Source of the DNA: a virus
UHGV virus genome: UHGV-0154499
DNA length: 39,490 nucleotides
Strand: one strand, 5' to 3'
Both the position numbers and the translations under genes were made by a program. Under the pieces are notes generated by a model, which did no database searches, was not told where the DNA came from, and saw only the letters and a program-made list of their open reading frames with translations. How positions within the stretch are numbered: position 1 is the first letter of the stretch; each line of letters opens with the position of its first letter. This document shows positions 18,471-27,931 of this stretch, piece by piece.

Positions 18471-20392
18471 TATTCATCTCCAGATAATGCCCGGGCATAA
18501 TCAGCCAGGGTTTTGTTATTGGTCCGCCCCCCCTCTTCCTCCAGCAGGCTCGCGAGCAGTGAATCAAGATTCAGTTGCCATCGCGAAATACTGATCCGCA
18601 GGGCCGCCAGCGCATACACGAAGCAGTCCAGCGCCTCATTTCGTCGCTTTTTGCTGTCCCAGACGATTTTCTTACGCCCGTCCACCCATTTTTCAACCTG
18701 CTCCTCAGCAGTAAGCTGCTGTGCCTCAGCCAGATCATAAATTTCGGGGTTATTGGGGAAATGCACGGCACCGGCAAGAGGATCACTCCCTTCCGGCTGA
18801 AGTGTGAAGCGGTTATAAATCTGCTCCTTTGCGGTATCAGTACCCACTTCCGTAAGATAAACGCCGTTCTTGTTGCGTTTACGCGGCATATTCGCGACGG
18901 GCTTGCCGTAAACGGAAGCCCCTTTAATCGGGATCACGCGAAACAGGCCATGCTTTTTTGAGCGATTGTAGACAATGGTGGGGTCAATACCGCCGATATC
19001 CCAGCAGATACGGGATACCGACATTTCCACGCCATTCTTTCGGGGGTAGGTTTTGTTAATCGCCTCGTCCACCCTGACGAGGGTCGCTTCATCATCATGA
19101 CGGCCCATAATGATTTGCCGGTCAATCAGCCAGCTTTCCTCTCCGGGTCCCCATCCCCAGACGCGCATTTCATATCGATCCAGCTGTGAGTCAATCCCGG
19201 CTGTCAGATAAGCAACACGATCCGGTACGGATGCCCCAAAAAACTCTTTGCGTTCGGCCATGAGCTCCGCGTCAGGCCGTTCACCAATTTTAGGCTCCCA
19301 TGTTTCGCCCAGAGTGGTGTTCACGAAGGTTTTACGCTTTCCGGTATCCCCTTTCGTTTTTAGCCAGTCTTTAACGATCTGTACCCAGGTGGTAAACGGG
19401 CTGTATGCCGTCCAGATGTGAAACGTCACGCTGTCTGGCGGGTCGATTTCGGTGCCTGTTGATGAAAACCAGGATAAACCATCACGCGTCCAGATCCCGG
19501 TGGTGTCACAGATGTAACGAGCTTCACTGAAATCCAGCTCCTGCTGCTTAATGACGCAGGCATTATGTTCACACAGGTAAAAGACGCTGGAGGGATCGCC
19601 AGGTGTCCATTTGAACCCGAACGGGGTTTCTTTGTCGCCGAACTTCAGGTACTGCTCTTCACCACAGTGCGGACAGGAAACATGAAAACGCATGAAATGC
19701 CCGGACTCGCTGGCAGCACGCTCAATCTGGCAGGTCCCCTTTGTTTTTGGCGTTGAGCCGCGAATAGATTTGGGCCAGACAGACCCCTCAATACGTTTAT
19801 CACCCAGGAACGTCGGGGAACCCTCTTTCTCAATATCCTCATCAAAAGCAGCGAGTTCGTCATAGCCGGCAACATCCACTGACTTTTCACGATAGTTTTT
19901 CGCCGCCTTACCACCCAGACACCAGAACCCGCGACCGTTGGAGAATCGTTTCATACTGAGCGTATTGTCCCGGTGCTTTTTGCCATACCAGGGGGCCAGC
20001 GCCAGAAGTGACGGAATATCGCGAATCGTCGGCTCAACATGCGACTTCATGAAGTTTTCGGCGTCACCATCAGTGGGCAGCCAGATAAGGGAATTTCGCT
20101 GCTTGTGCTGAATAAAATACGCATAAACACCCAGCAACATTTTTGAATAGCCAACACGGGCAGACTTAACAACGTTGACCTCACGTATGTAATCGTTACC
20201 CATCGCATTCATGATCGCGCGTTGAAACGGCAACGTTTCCCAGCGCCCTTCCTGGTAGGCCGACTCTTTGGGGAGATAGTAATTATCGTCTGCCCATTCA
20301 ACCGCCGTTTGCGGCTCAGGTCGGTACAGCGAAAGTAAACCCGCGCGCGCAGAGTGCTGCAGCCCCTTAACCTGACTGTTCGATATATTCAC
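18470..20392 (-). CDS. A: Terminase large subunit A
   Basis: 640 aa; long stretches match recalled lambda gpA ([33 protein letters not shown]..., Walker-like region, C-terminal nuclease). Confidence 0.96.
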   Translation of the reverse strand: MNISNSQVKGLQHSARAGLLSLYRPEPQTAVEWADDNYYLPKESAYQEGRWETLPFQRAIMNAMGNDYIREVNVVKSARVGYSKMLLGVYAYFIQHKQRNSLIWLPTDGDAENFMKSHVEPTIRDIPSLLALAPWYGKKHRDNTLSMKRFSNGRGFWCLGGKAAKNYREKSVDVAGYDELAAFDEDIEKEGSPTFLGDKRIEGSVWPKSIRGSTPKTKGTCQIERAASESGHFMRFHVSCPHCGEEQYLKFGDKETPFGFKWTPGDPSSVFYLCEHNACVIKQQELDFSEARYICDTTGIWTRDGLSWFSSTGTEIDPPDSVTFHIWTAYSPFTTWVQIVKDWLKTKGDTGKRKTFVNTTLGETWEPKIGERPDAELMAERKEFFGASVPDRVAYLTAGIDSQLDRYEMRVWGWGPGEESWLIDRQIIMGRHDDEATLVRVDEAINKTYPRKNGVEMSVSRICWDIGGIDPTIVYNRSKKHGLFRVIPIKGASVYGKPVANMPRKRNKNGVYLTEVGTDTAKEQIYNRFTLQPEGSDPLAGAVHFPNNPEIYDLAEAQQLTAEEQVEKWVDGRKKIVWDSKKRRNEALDCFVYALAALRISISRWQLNLDSLLASLLEEEGGRTNNKTLADYARALSGDE

Positions 20393-20912
20393 TCAGCAAC
20401 CCCGGTATTATTTCATCCAGCGCAGCTGCTTTGTTCATGGCTTTAATGATGTCCTTCTTGAGGAAATCAATATGTCGGTTTTCCAGCTCCGGGAAGCGCC
20501 GCTGAACCGACAGAGGAACTCCATCAAGAATGCTGGCTACTTCTCCGGCCATCCGCGACAGCACGAACGTGCAGAATGCGGTTTCCACCACCTCAGCGGA
20601 ATCTTTTGCATTTTTTAGTTCCTGGGCATCTGCCTGCGCTCGGGTGAGGCGGTGACGCTCATAGTCAATCGTACCAGGCTGAAGGTCGGATTCCGATGCA
20701 AGACGAAGGTCTTCCACCTCCTTGCGTAATTTCTCATTCTCAATCGCCGCGTCGCGTGCGGAATACCATTCGATAGCCGCGGAAGATTCATAGAGGACCT
20801 CATTACCTTTTCCACCGCCACGTGCTACAGGCATTCCCTGATCCTGCCAGTTCTGAATGGTTCGCACGCTGACCCCAAATATTTCAGAAAGACGCTTTTT
20901 GTTGACCTCCAT
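20367..20912 (-). CDS. nu1: Terminase small subunit Nu1
   Basis: MEVNKKRLSEIFGVSVRTIQNWQDQGMPV... wHTH; near-identical to lambda Nu1; overlaps the start of A. Confidence 0.95.
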   Translation of the reverse strand: MEVNKKRLSEIFGVSVRTIQNWQDQGMPVARGGGKGNEVLYESSAAIEWYSARDAAIENEKLRKEVEDLRLASESDLQPGTIDYERHRLTRAQADAQELKNAKDSAEVVETAFCTFVLSRMAGEVASILDGVPLSVQRRFPELENRHIDFLKKDIIKAMNKAAALDEIIPGLLSEYIEQSG

Positions 20913-20929
20913 AGCTCACTCCATACACA

Positions 20930-21105
20930 AAAACAGAGAAAGGAAACGCCCTCTGGTTATTTAGCCGTTTTTAAGGCTTATCATTTCCTTTCTTTTCAGG
21001 GGGTGTTTACAGTTAAAACAATGAATTAGAGAGAAGAAGAACGGAAACGGCAAATGCCTGAAAATTTTCATAAATAGCGAGAATCTGCGAGGTCGCCGCC
21101 CCGTA
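20930..21105. other. cos site: cosN cohesive-end sequence at about 21090-21101 and cosB between cosN and nu1
   Basis: Minus-strand reading GGGGCGGCGACCTCGCAGATTCTCGCTATTTATGAAAATTTTCAGG...CGTTTCCGTTCTTCTTC is highly similar to recalled lambda cos (GGGCGGCGACCT 12-nt cohesive end, then cosB elements). Confidence 0.8.
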
Positions 21106-21278
21106 ACAAGCCAAATCGCCTGAAAGGACCCGTAAACAATAATGATTATCAATTACATATTATTGACGATAGATATGATTCCAGATAACTACTACCGAAA
21201 AACATTCCATCATGATAGCTTTGCGGCGTACAAGCATCGTAAATGACCAGTGACCGTTACGTCTCTTGTAATTAATTT

Positions 21279-22151
21279 TTAAAAAGCAATATCAATTAGT
21301 TCTCCTTTGCTCAATATTTTTCTAAAAATTTCAGCTCCATAAAGTGTAATAACACCTTCCAGAGTACAAAGAGGTTCCTTAGCACGAGCCATACATAAAC
21401 CACTTTTAGCACCGCCATTTAGTTTAGTATGAAGTGTTTTTGTAAGAATAGCAGCGAGTTCTAAGTCACTTATCTCTGCTACCGTATTTTTATTCAATTG
21501 TGACCTTTCGATTAGTTGAATAAAAATATCGATTCGACCAGGAGTTAACCCAAGATCTTGTGATAGCTCGTGTATTAAACCCCGTAAATCAACTTCAGCC
21601 TTAGGAGTAAAACGCCAATGTTTTATACCAAACTCTTTACCGTTACATGGTGCACCGATAACAACAGCCCTAAGTAAACTTAAAAATCCTTTACAAAACA
21701 CCCAGTTACCATCCGAGTATTCAATACCAAAATCACCACCCACACTATTTTTACTGTAAATATAATGATAATCCTCTGGTATACCAGACTCATGAACATC
21801 ATTACATCTTAATAAATGGTAAATTATATCTTCTGGTGCTGTCTCAGCTACTATCAACTGTGGGATTTCATCCCAATAATATGCTTCCTCAGGAAGGTTA
21901 TACCCCATAATTTGTTGTAACCTTACACGGAGAAATCTTTTATATTTTTCCCCATCTGTCATTCGTTTTTTTTGGGCTTGTCCCTTTGTTTTTTTTGGTT
22001 TAGTTATGGGTTCTTGTTCAAAAGGGAAAACTTTGAGAGCTGATCCAGATATAGCTGTCACCAAAAGCAGAAGTGCAGCTTCGTAACGACTATGAGAAAT
22101 CAAAAAATCAACATCATCCAAGCGTTTTTTTATGTTACTTACCTTTTGCAT
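21279..22151 (-). CDS. Hypothetical 290-aa protein, AT-rich accessory gene (moron) between cos and the lysis cassette
   Basis: Complete ORF with ATG, flanked by AT-rich noncoding DNA on both sides; GC visibly far below the phage backbone; no recognisable motifs. Confidence 0.6.
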   Translation of the reverse strand: MQKVSNIKKRLDDVDFLISHSRYEAALLLLVTAISGSALKVFPFEQEPITKPKKTKGQAQKKRMTDGEKYKRFLRVRLQQIMGYNLPEEAYYWDEIPQLIVAETAPEDIIYHLLRCNDVHESGIPEDYHYIYSKNSVGGDFGIEYSDGNWVFCKGFLSLLRAVVIGAPCNGKEFGIKHWRFTPKAEVDLRGLIHELSQDLGLTPGRIDIFIQLIERSQLNKNTVAEISDLELAAILTKTLHTKLNGGAKSGLCMARAKEPLCTLEGVITLYGAEIFRKILSKGELIDIAF

Positions 22152-22362
22152 GTTTCACCATTTTCACAAGATAGAAAACGATAAAACAACCACAATTCCC
22201 AATCAGAGGCAAGCTTTTAAATATAAAAATTAAGGATAGAATACAATAAAAATCATAATTCAAAAATTCGTATGCACTTAACTTTCATCCTACATAAGCT
22301 GAAGCATTATAAAACATGACTATATTATTGTTTCCATCAGATTACATTACCAGAAAAACCAA

Positions 22363-22575
22363 TTATTTCATGCAATTAGCTTGCACAGCTCTATTATGTA
22401 CCAGAATATCCCGTTTCGTCTGCCTATCCAGCACGGCAATATCATGCTCTGTGAGGTAGATGATGTTCACCCAGTCACAGGCCGTGTCCGTTACTTCAGG
22501 TTTTGCGGGTAAAGTTTTCGCGCAACTCGCGGTTAACATCGTCATCAGGAAGATGATTAACAGTCTGTTGTACAT
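22363..22575 (-). CDS. Outer-membrane spanin subunit (Rz1-like lipoprotein), overlapped architecture
   Basis: Signal peptide with lipobox (LTASC); AAGGAG RBS; overlaps the 3' end of the upstream i-spanin-like gene in another frame. Confidence 0.6.
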   Translation of the reverse strand: MYNRLLIIFLMTMLTASCAKTLPAKPEVTDTACDWVNIIYLTEHDIAVLDRQTKRDILVHNRAVQANCMK

Positions 22576-22765
22576 CCATGGCTCCTTTTGTTGTTTCTAC
22601 CCGGCGTTCTGCAACGGCTTCAGTAGCGGCTGCACGTTCTTCAGTGCGTTGCTGGTCTGCTTTTGTTTCAGCGATACTGGTACTGCGTGATTTACCCAGA
22701 CCAAAAGCACCGGCAATTGCTGCCAGCACGGCAACAACCAGGCCGATAATCATTTCAAGTCCCAT
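22496..22765 (-). CDS. Inner-membrane spanin subunit (Rz-like)
   Basis: N-terminal TM helix (MIIGLVVAVLAAIAGAFGL) then a charged, coiled-coil-like periplasmic region; directly downstream of the endolysin; start set at internal MGLEM with a GAGG RBS. Confidence 0.6.
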   Translation of the reverse strand: MGLEMIIGLVVAVLAAIAGAFGLGKSRSTSIAETKADQQRTEERAAATEAVAERRVETTKGAMDVQQTVNHLPDDDVNRELRENFTRKT

Positions 22766-22772
22766 AGTGACC

Positions 22773-23387
22773 TCACACCAGTGCAACTTTTGCTTTGGCG
22801 TAACGTTCACGGCGGTCTTTAATGCCGTTCTGTCCGCCGTTAATAATCTGCGTTACGCGTTCCACATCCCCCGAATACATCAGGCAACCGCGTAACGTGA
22901 AGTACCACGCCGCCGAACGAGCCGCGTGTCGCTCCTGCGTTAGCAATTCTGGTGTACTGACAAGGTCAAGTTTCAGCGCAGCACCACATTTGGTGTAGTT
23001 CTCACGGCCAGTAATTTGAAGCAGGCCACGACCGCGATATTTCCAGCCGTCACCCTGGCTGTTATTCCCCATGCGGTCACCGTAAACCAGATTGGCTATT
23101 TGCGGCTGGTGGGCGACCTGCTGACCATCGACACGCCCCAGCATTTCGCACTGATACGGCGTCAGACGCTTACCGAAGGTTTTCTTCAGCCCCTCAACCG
23201 AGTAGTTGAAGCTTTCTACCAGCGAAGTAAAACCAGCAGATTCATGCCCAACTTGTGCAATGAACATGGCCTGGTCGTTAAGTGCTGTAATACCAAACTC
23301 TTTCATTGCTGCATCAATGTGCAGAAACCAGCGTGCAGAAACCCCGGCGCTGATACCAGCCGCCTGCTGAAATTGTGATTGGTTCAT
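22773..23387 (-). CDS. Endolysin, glycoside hydrolase family 19 (chitinase-like)
   Basis: GH19 catalytic-region motifs (IAQVGHESAGFT, YRGRGLLQITGRENY). Confidence 0.85.
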   Translation of the reverse strand: MNQSQFQQAAGISAGVSARWFLHIDAAMKEFGITALNDQAMFIAQVGHESAGFTSLVESFNYSVEGLKKTFGKRLTPYQCEMLGRVDGQQVAHQPQIANLVYGDRMGNNSQGDGWKYRGRGLLQITGRENYTKCGAALKLDLVSTPELLTQERHAARSAAWYFTLRGCLMYSGDVERVTQIINGGQNGIKDRRERYAKAKVALV

Positions 23388-23542
23388 ATGTATACCGGAT
23401 TAAACCACTATTAATAGTAGGGATTAGAATTCACCTAAGATGATGAAATTCAATTTAATTTAAGTCACAATAAGACTTAAGATAAATCTTAATGATTTCA
23501 TCTTCTTTGCGGGTTGTAGCGATGTCGCTGCGACTCGCTTTT

Positions 23543-23824
23543 TTATTTGTGCACAGCATCAATAAGCCGCGCTACGTTGCCTCTGACGGCGACCAGCACG
23601 GACAAGAAAATAATGTTGGCCCCGATAGTGGCCCACGATGAGTAAGGGTAGATACCACACAGATACGCCAACGGAACGGCGCTGTAGATGACCGTAAGCA
23701 GCCACGCTAAGCGAGATATCCACGGTCGATGTCGGGAATCACCACGACGGTAAAACATCAGGGTCAACACTATCCCAGCGCAAAGCAGCGCGTTGATTGT
23801 TGCCGATGGGTCATTTAGTACCAC
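23543..23824 (-). CDS. Small membrane protein of the lysis cassette (second holin or antiholin-like)
   Basis: 93 aa with 2-3 predicted TM segments; overlaps the upstream holin gene by 14 nt. Confidence 0.55.
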   Translation of the reverse strand: MVLNDPSATINALLCAGIVLTLMFYRRGDSRHRPWISRLAWLLTVIYSAVPLAYLCGIYPYSSWATIGANIIFLSVLVAVRGNVARLIDAVHK

Positions 23825-24197
23825 CTGAACCTCCCCGGCGCGTTATCAGCGCCACCAGCGAGCCGACATCCTGGTTATTCAGAAACGTCAGGATTTTGAC
23901 AGCTAAAGCAGAAACGATTACGGCCCCGATAGCGTCCAGAGGCTTATCACTGTAACCAGTCCAGTCAGCCAGCTTTGAACCAACCAGCCCTGAGCAGATG
24001 ATCCCGGCAATGTAGGACACGACAAAATACGCCAGCCGGCGCGCTGCACTAAGGTCCGCGGCGGTTGCAATGTAAAATACAGCCCCGGCAAATGCGCCAA
24101 ACACCACGCCGTAATCGGTTCCGGAAAGAAATCCATAGACACTGGCCCCCGTCAGGACACCACCAGCCAGTCCAGTACCGGAAATCGGATCGGACAT
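23811..24197 (-). CDS. Holin-like membrane protein
   Basis: 128 aa, glycine/alanine-rich TM segments, charged C-terminus; first gene of the late lysis cassette. Confidence 0.65.
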   Translation of the reverse strand: MSDPISGTGLAGGVLTGASVYGFLSGTDYGVVFGAFAGAVFYIATAADLSAARRLAYFVVSYIAGIICSGLVGSKLADWTGYSDKPLDAIGAVIVSALAVKILTFLNNQDVGSLVALITRRGGSGGTK

Positions 24198-24240
24198 TTA
24201 GCCCCCTCTTTATTGCTGTGAGTCCTCTCAGAACGAGGGG

Positions 24241-24272
24241 AAAACAAAAAAGGCCGCCCTTGGGCAGCCCTT
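24241..24272 (-). terminator. tR'-like intrinsic terminator just upstream of the holin gene (candidate target of Q antitermination)
   Basis: Minus-strand GC-rich stem (GGGCTGCCCAAGGGCGGCC) followed by TTTTTTGTTTT, about 50 nt upstream of the holin start. Confidence 0.5.
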
Positions 24273-24379
24273 AAATGCATTAAACCTCATAAAAATGAGG
24301 TTCAGATATCGTTTTAAGTCCGTGGCGTAGAAACCACTCTTAACATGCTACATAATAAAATGCGGACCGCACAAAGGTT

Positions 24380-24420
24380 TTTTGATAAATTAAAGACTCA
24401 CAGCACATTAAAGTTCAAAT
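24380..24420 (-). promoter_or_regulatory. Candidate late promoter PR' (minus strand)
   Basis: TTGAAC-18 bp-TTTAAT on the minus strand, upstream of the tR'-like terminator; placement relative to Q is unusual. Confidence 0.3.
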
Positions 24421-24448
24421 GTTAACTATTAGATTCCAAAGGAATATT

Positions 24449-25390
24449 ATGACGACTGCAGTTGCGGTAAAAAAACCCAAAAAACTACGAATTGGATTCT
24501 ATACAAGTAGTTCTGGAACCATTCGGAGCCACTCTGTTGCCAAAGCTGCGATCGATAACCTTTACAGTACTTGCGTAAATGTAACTAATAATCATTTCGA
24601 TACTATATATAAAAATAAAAAATTGAAAATCGCATTTATTAATAAAGATGCCAATGCTAAATATTATTTTGGCTATATGTCTTGCTCAAGGGAAGAATAT
24701 CTACTGCCTTATATTGGAGATGAGAACTGGAAAGAACACAACATCCCATTAGATGATAAAAAATATATTGTCGAGCGCACTTATTTTTTGTATTACTACG
24801 AAAGTGACATTCTGATCCTTACGCAAAATCATCTTGGCCCCAAGGAATCGGATCTGGCTTACCTTTTATACAGCCAGAGTGGTCAACCAGGTAACAACTT
24901 TTCTTTCCAAGCTATTTGGAAGAAAGAAAGTATAAAAGAGCTTCTCGAAACAGGAAGTACACTTAGAAGCTGCGATCTCATTCTTGCTGCCCCAAGAAAT
25001 TTCGATGTGACTAATTATCAGTTAGATAGCTCATTTTCAAAAGATCTTCTGAATATGATGGTTGGCCTTGGCGGCACACATTTAAAACTCAATCTTAGGG
25101 GTAGAGCATCTGGCAGAGTTAAAGTTAAAGGCTATCTTTCGGATCTGATAAAAGATGGTATTAAAGAATTATTAGAAAAAATGCCAAATATTGTCAAAAA
25201 AGCAGCAGTAACACAGCCCAAAAATACTGTAGAGCAAAGCCTTCTTGAACAAGTTCTCATTTCGGAGAAAAACATTCATACCGTAAATGGTTATGGCACA
25301 GATAGCGATGTGCTCCAAGCGATGATTTCTGCTAAAATTGACAACAATGGTTACCTTATCCAGTACGACATAAGCAATAAGAAGGTATAG
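24449..25390 (+). CDS. Hypothetical soluble protein (313 aa), first gene of a two-gene accessory cassette; RexA-like by architecture
   Basis: AT-rich ORF; start at internal ATG with an AAAGGAA RBS; lysine-rich, no TM segments. Possible weak similarity to RexA from memory (GFY near the N-terminus, LGPKESDL...LL), unverified. Confidence 0.6.
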   Translation: MTTAVAVKKPKKLRIGFYTSSSGTIRSHSVAKAAIDNLYSTCVNVTNNHFDTIYKNKKLKIAFINKDANAKYYFGYMSCSREEYLLPYIGDENWKEHNIPLDDKKYIVERTYFLYYYESDILILTQNHLGPKESDLAYLLYSQSGQPGNNFSFQAIWKKESIKELLETGSTLRSCDLILAAPRNFDVTNYQLDSSFSKDLLNMMVGLGGTHLKLNLRGRASGRVKVKGYLSDLIKDGIKELLEKMPNIVKKAAVTQPKNTVEQSLLEQVLISEKNIHTVNGYGTDSDVLQAMISAKIDNNGYLIQYDISNKKV

Positions 25391-25393
25391 TTT

Positions 25394-25837
25394 ATGTTAT
25401 TGAGATATATAGCAAATATTTTAGGGAGCATTTTACTAACATATTTCTTACTGAAGTATGTCCCACTAATGCAACATAATGATATTCTTACGTCCGCAGG
25501 GGTTATCTCCACTGTGTCTGGGATTTTGTTTGGGTTTGTGCTTGCCACCATTTCAATTTTTAGCGCAGCTAGCGCTAATTCAAATGGGGTTTTAAAGGCC
25601 TTAAAAAACAATAACATACTCCAAGGAATTGTAACTAATTTATTAGCCGCTGGAGCGACATTAATTACAGCATGCTTGATTTCACTCGTTGCCATGTTTG
25701 TCAGTGACAATTTAGTCTACAATGACCAAAAAATAGAGTTTATATTCATAATTCAATCATTATCACTATTGATAGTAGCCGTCATAATGTTTGGGTTTAC
25801 TTGGCGTAAAATTAATTGGTTTTTACCACACATATAA
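25394..25837 (+). CDS. Small integral membrane protein with four predicted TM helices (147 aa); RexB-like by size and topology
   Basis: Four hydrophobic segments (about residues 5-24, 34-58, 75-103, 115-137); starts 4 nt after the upstream gene's stop; GAAGGT RBS. Confidence 0.6.
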   Translation: MLLRYIANILGSILLTYFLLKYVPLMQHNDILTSAGVISTVSGILFGFVLATISIFSAASANSNGVLKALKNNNILQGIVTNLLAAGATLITACLISLVAMFVSDNLVYNDQKIEFIFIIQSLSLLIVAVIMFGFTWRKINWFLPHI

Positions 25838-25858
25838 AAGGGCATCCGTGCCCTTTTT
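25837..25858. terminator. Bidirectional intrinsic terminator between the membrane-protein gene and convergent Q
   Basis: AAAGGGCA-tccg-TGCCCTTT with T/A runs on both sides, immediately after both stop codons. Confidence 0.65.
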
Positions 25859-25859
25859 A

Positions 25860-26222
25860 TCAATCCAAATCTAATCTAGCACTAATCATGCACAAACAGC
25901 CGTCAACAAAACCCTCTGCCATTTGCATCTCTATCCTTATTATTTTTTCGTCTTTTTTTTGAGCTTTAGCAATTTTACGCTTCGATACTCCATACAGATA
26001 ATGTGCGACAATAAGTGAATGCTCATATGGTTTCCTTTTCTTGAGGCGAGCTAAGCAACCTTCAATAATCAGAGCATCTTCATCAGTGCAAGAAAGGCGA
26101 GTCTTGCTCGTTTGGGGAAGTAGCCCTTTAAAGCCAGCTGCAATTGGTGAGTAATCCACGCCAGAACTATCGCTCGCGGCCCATCCCCCCCAACGTTCTA
26201 ATACCATCTGAATATCACGCAT
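25860..26222 (-). CDS. Q: Late-gene antitermination protein Q (phage 82/21-type family)
   Basis: 120 aa; MRDIQMVLERWGGWAA... N-terminus and Cys-rich region typical of 82-type Q antiterminators. Confidence 0.8.
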   Translation of the reverse strand: MRDIQMVLERWGGWAASDSSGVDYSPIAAGFKGLLPQTSKTRLSCTDEDALIIEGCLARLKKRKPYEHSLIVAHYLYGVSKRKIAKAQKKDEKIIRIEMQMAEGFVDGCLCMISARLDLD

Positions 26223-26239
26223 TACTTTTCTCCATACAC

Positions 26240-27235
26240 TTAAGCTTTCGCAATTACGCCGATCGCCAGCGCCCGATCCATAAAACGCAGTAGCAGCTCA
26301 AGCTGCGTACCATGCTTCTGCTCGAATGCCGGTACATCGGCGTGTAACTCGTCGTGGCACTCTCTGCACAGAGGGATCACGAAGAGGTCATGGGCTTTTG
26401 TTGCTGTACCACCCATACCGTGCCCTACGATATGGTGCGGATCATCTGCTGGCCGTCGGCAACACTCACAGGGTTGTGTTTTTACCCAGCGGGTGTAACT
26501 CTCATTTATCCAGCGGCGTCGCTTTGGCCTGAGCATGAAAGATTCTGGAGACTCCGGATCAACAGAGAGCGTGAGGATCTTCTTCGCCTTCTCCTGCACG
26601 AGGCTGGCTGCAGAAGCGGAAGGCACAATGTCGCTTTCCCTCATGACCGAGCGGATCTTCTCATCCGGAAGGCGTAGCCCCTTGTGCGCAACGCTTTCCG
26701 GAATTACATCAGCCAGGTCGTTTCTGACCATCCACCAGCACAGTTCCGGAAGCGTCAGGATATGCGACTCGGGAAAACCAGAATCACGCCGAATGACTTC
26801 CAGAATCCAGGATACCAGGTTTCCTGCCGCTATACCTGCAAGCTGTTCGGTATGCTGCCCCGACAAAGTGTGATCGCAATGCCAGCACAGGCGAATACTT
26901 CCTGGTGGGTGCCGCATTGTTGTGAAGTTCTTGTCGTGCCACGATGAATGTGGCCACTGGCATTCAAACCGATTACTCAACCATTGCTCAAGGGAAGGAA
27001 GCCCACCAGCACGCTGAATAACCCGATCATTCTCGAAGACCTGCCGCATTACCGGATCATCAGCCAGCGGCTGAATGGCGGCGGGAACAGCTCCTGTACT
27101 GAATGACGCCATTTCTTCTGGTTCAGGTTCGAGAAGGACGCGACCGCGCATAAAGAGGTGCATCAGTTCCGCACCGGGACGAAACAACACAATCCCCATG
27201 CGATGGGCCACTTCAGGAGTTAACAAAGCCCTCAC
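26240..27235 (-). CDS. DUF968-family lambdoid prophage protein (YdfU-like) with C-terminal HNH-like zinc motif
   Basis: C-terminal CECCRRP...HHIVGHGMGG...CRECHDELH pattern; nin-region position. Confidence 0.65.
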   Translation of the reverse strand: MRALLTPEVAHRMGIVLFRPGAELMHLFMRGRVLLEPEPEEMASFSTGAVPAAIQPLADDPVMRQVFENDRVIQRAGGLPSLEQWLSNRFECQWPHSSWHDKNFTTMRHPPGSIRLCWHCDHTLSGQHTEQLAGIAAGNLVSWILEVIRRDSGFPESHILTLPELCWWMVRNDLADVIPESVAHKGLRLPDEKIRSVMRESDIVPSASAASLVQEKAKKILTLSVDPESPESFMLRPKRRRWINESYTRWVKTQPCECCRRPADDPHHIVGHGMGGTATKAHDLFVIPLCRECHDELHADVPAFEQKHGTQLELLLRFMDRALAIGVIAKA

Positions 27236-27918
27236 GCCGCCTGCCCTCTTGCAATATGTTCAGCCCACAAGCCACCAATCCAGCGTACTCCCTTGGCAGT
27301 GAAACGCGTCTGGCTAAATGCGTGATTAGATGTGCTCGATGTTCCCGTCTTAACTTCAAATCTCCCCGCGGAAATGTGCTGCGCCATGGGGGTAAGTGTG
27401 CCGCCGAGGCGATACAGGATATTGCGTTCAATAAGGAACAGACGAAACTCAGTTTCTTTTGCGTTAAGCAATTTGGCTACCTGCCGGAATGACATGGAGC
27501 CTTTTGCAGAGCAATAACGATCAACAAACTCCACTTTTGGCGCCGCGGCTGCCAGCTGGATCGTCAGTTGCTCTTTCTGCTCGGCTAAATCAGCAGCCAG
27601 GCGAAGCGCTTCCGGTAATGAGCGGGGAACACTGACACTCTGCCCTTCTTCCAGTTCCTGCCAGCGATCGACAACCGCGGCGGTAAATTCAGGTGACAGT
27701 CTGGCAACAATCACCAGAGAGTCGCGTTTGTTAAAACGATACTCCTGGTACACATTACCGTTATGCTCAAAATCGAACTGCGCCAATGGCGCGGTTAAAA
27801 TTCCCGCAGCAACAAGACGCTCAGCCGAGCGTTTCACGTCACTGTGTTTACTCTGAACCAGATCCGCAATATCACGGCTGGACATTGTTACTACACCATT
27901 CACGATTAACTGGCTCAT
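27232..27918 (-). CDS. Rha-family phage regulatory protein
   Basis: N-terminus MSQLIVNGVVTMSSRDIADLVQSKHSDVKRSAERLV matches the Rha pattern; start set at the ATG with a GGAG RBS. Confidence 0.7.
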   Translation of the reverse strand: MSQLIVNGVVTMSSRDIADLVQSKHSDVKRSAERLVAAGILTAPLAQFDFEHNGNVYQEYRFNKRDSLVIVARLSPEFTAAVVDRWQELEEGQSVSVPRSLPEALRLAADLAEQKEQLTIQLAAAAPKVEFVDRYCSAKGSMSFRQVAKLLNAKETEFRLFLIERNILYRLGGTLTPMAQHISAGRFEVKTGTSSTSNHAFSQTRFTAKGVRWIGGLWAEHIARGQAA

Positions 27919-27931
27919 ACTTTTCTCCATA

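Noticed and set aside
23388-23542. AT-rich 155-bp gap between the endolysin and the small membrane-protein gene, with a short stem followed by TTTTTT
   Set aside because: The stem is only 5 bp and on the strand opposite to the lysis genes; not enough to call a terminator or regulatory element.
24419-24448. Track start of the 313-aa cassette gene at 24419
   Set aside because: No RBS upstream; the ATG at 24449 is preceded by AAAGGAA at proper spacing.
26326-26947. Plus-strand ORFs of 68-112 aa
   Set aside because: Antisense to the DUF968 gene.
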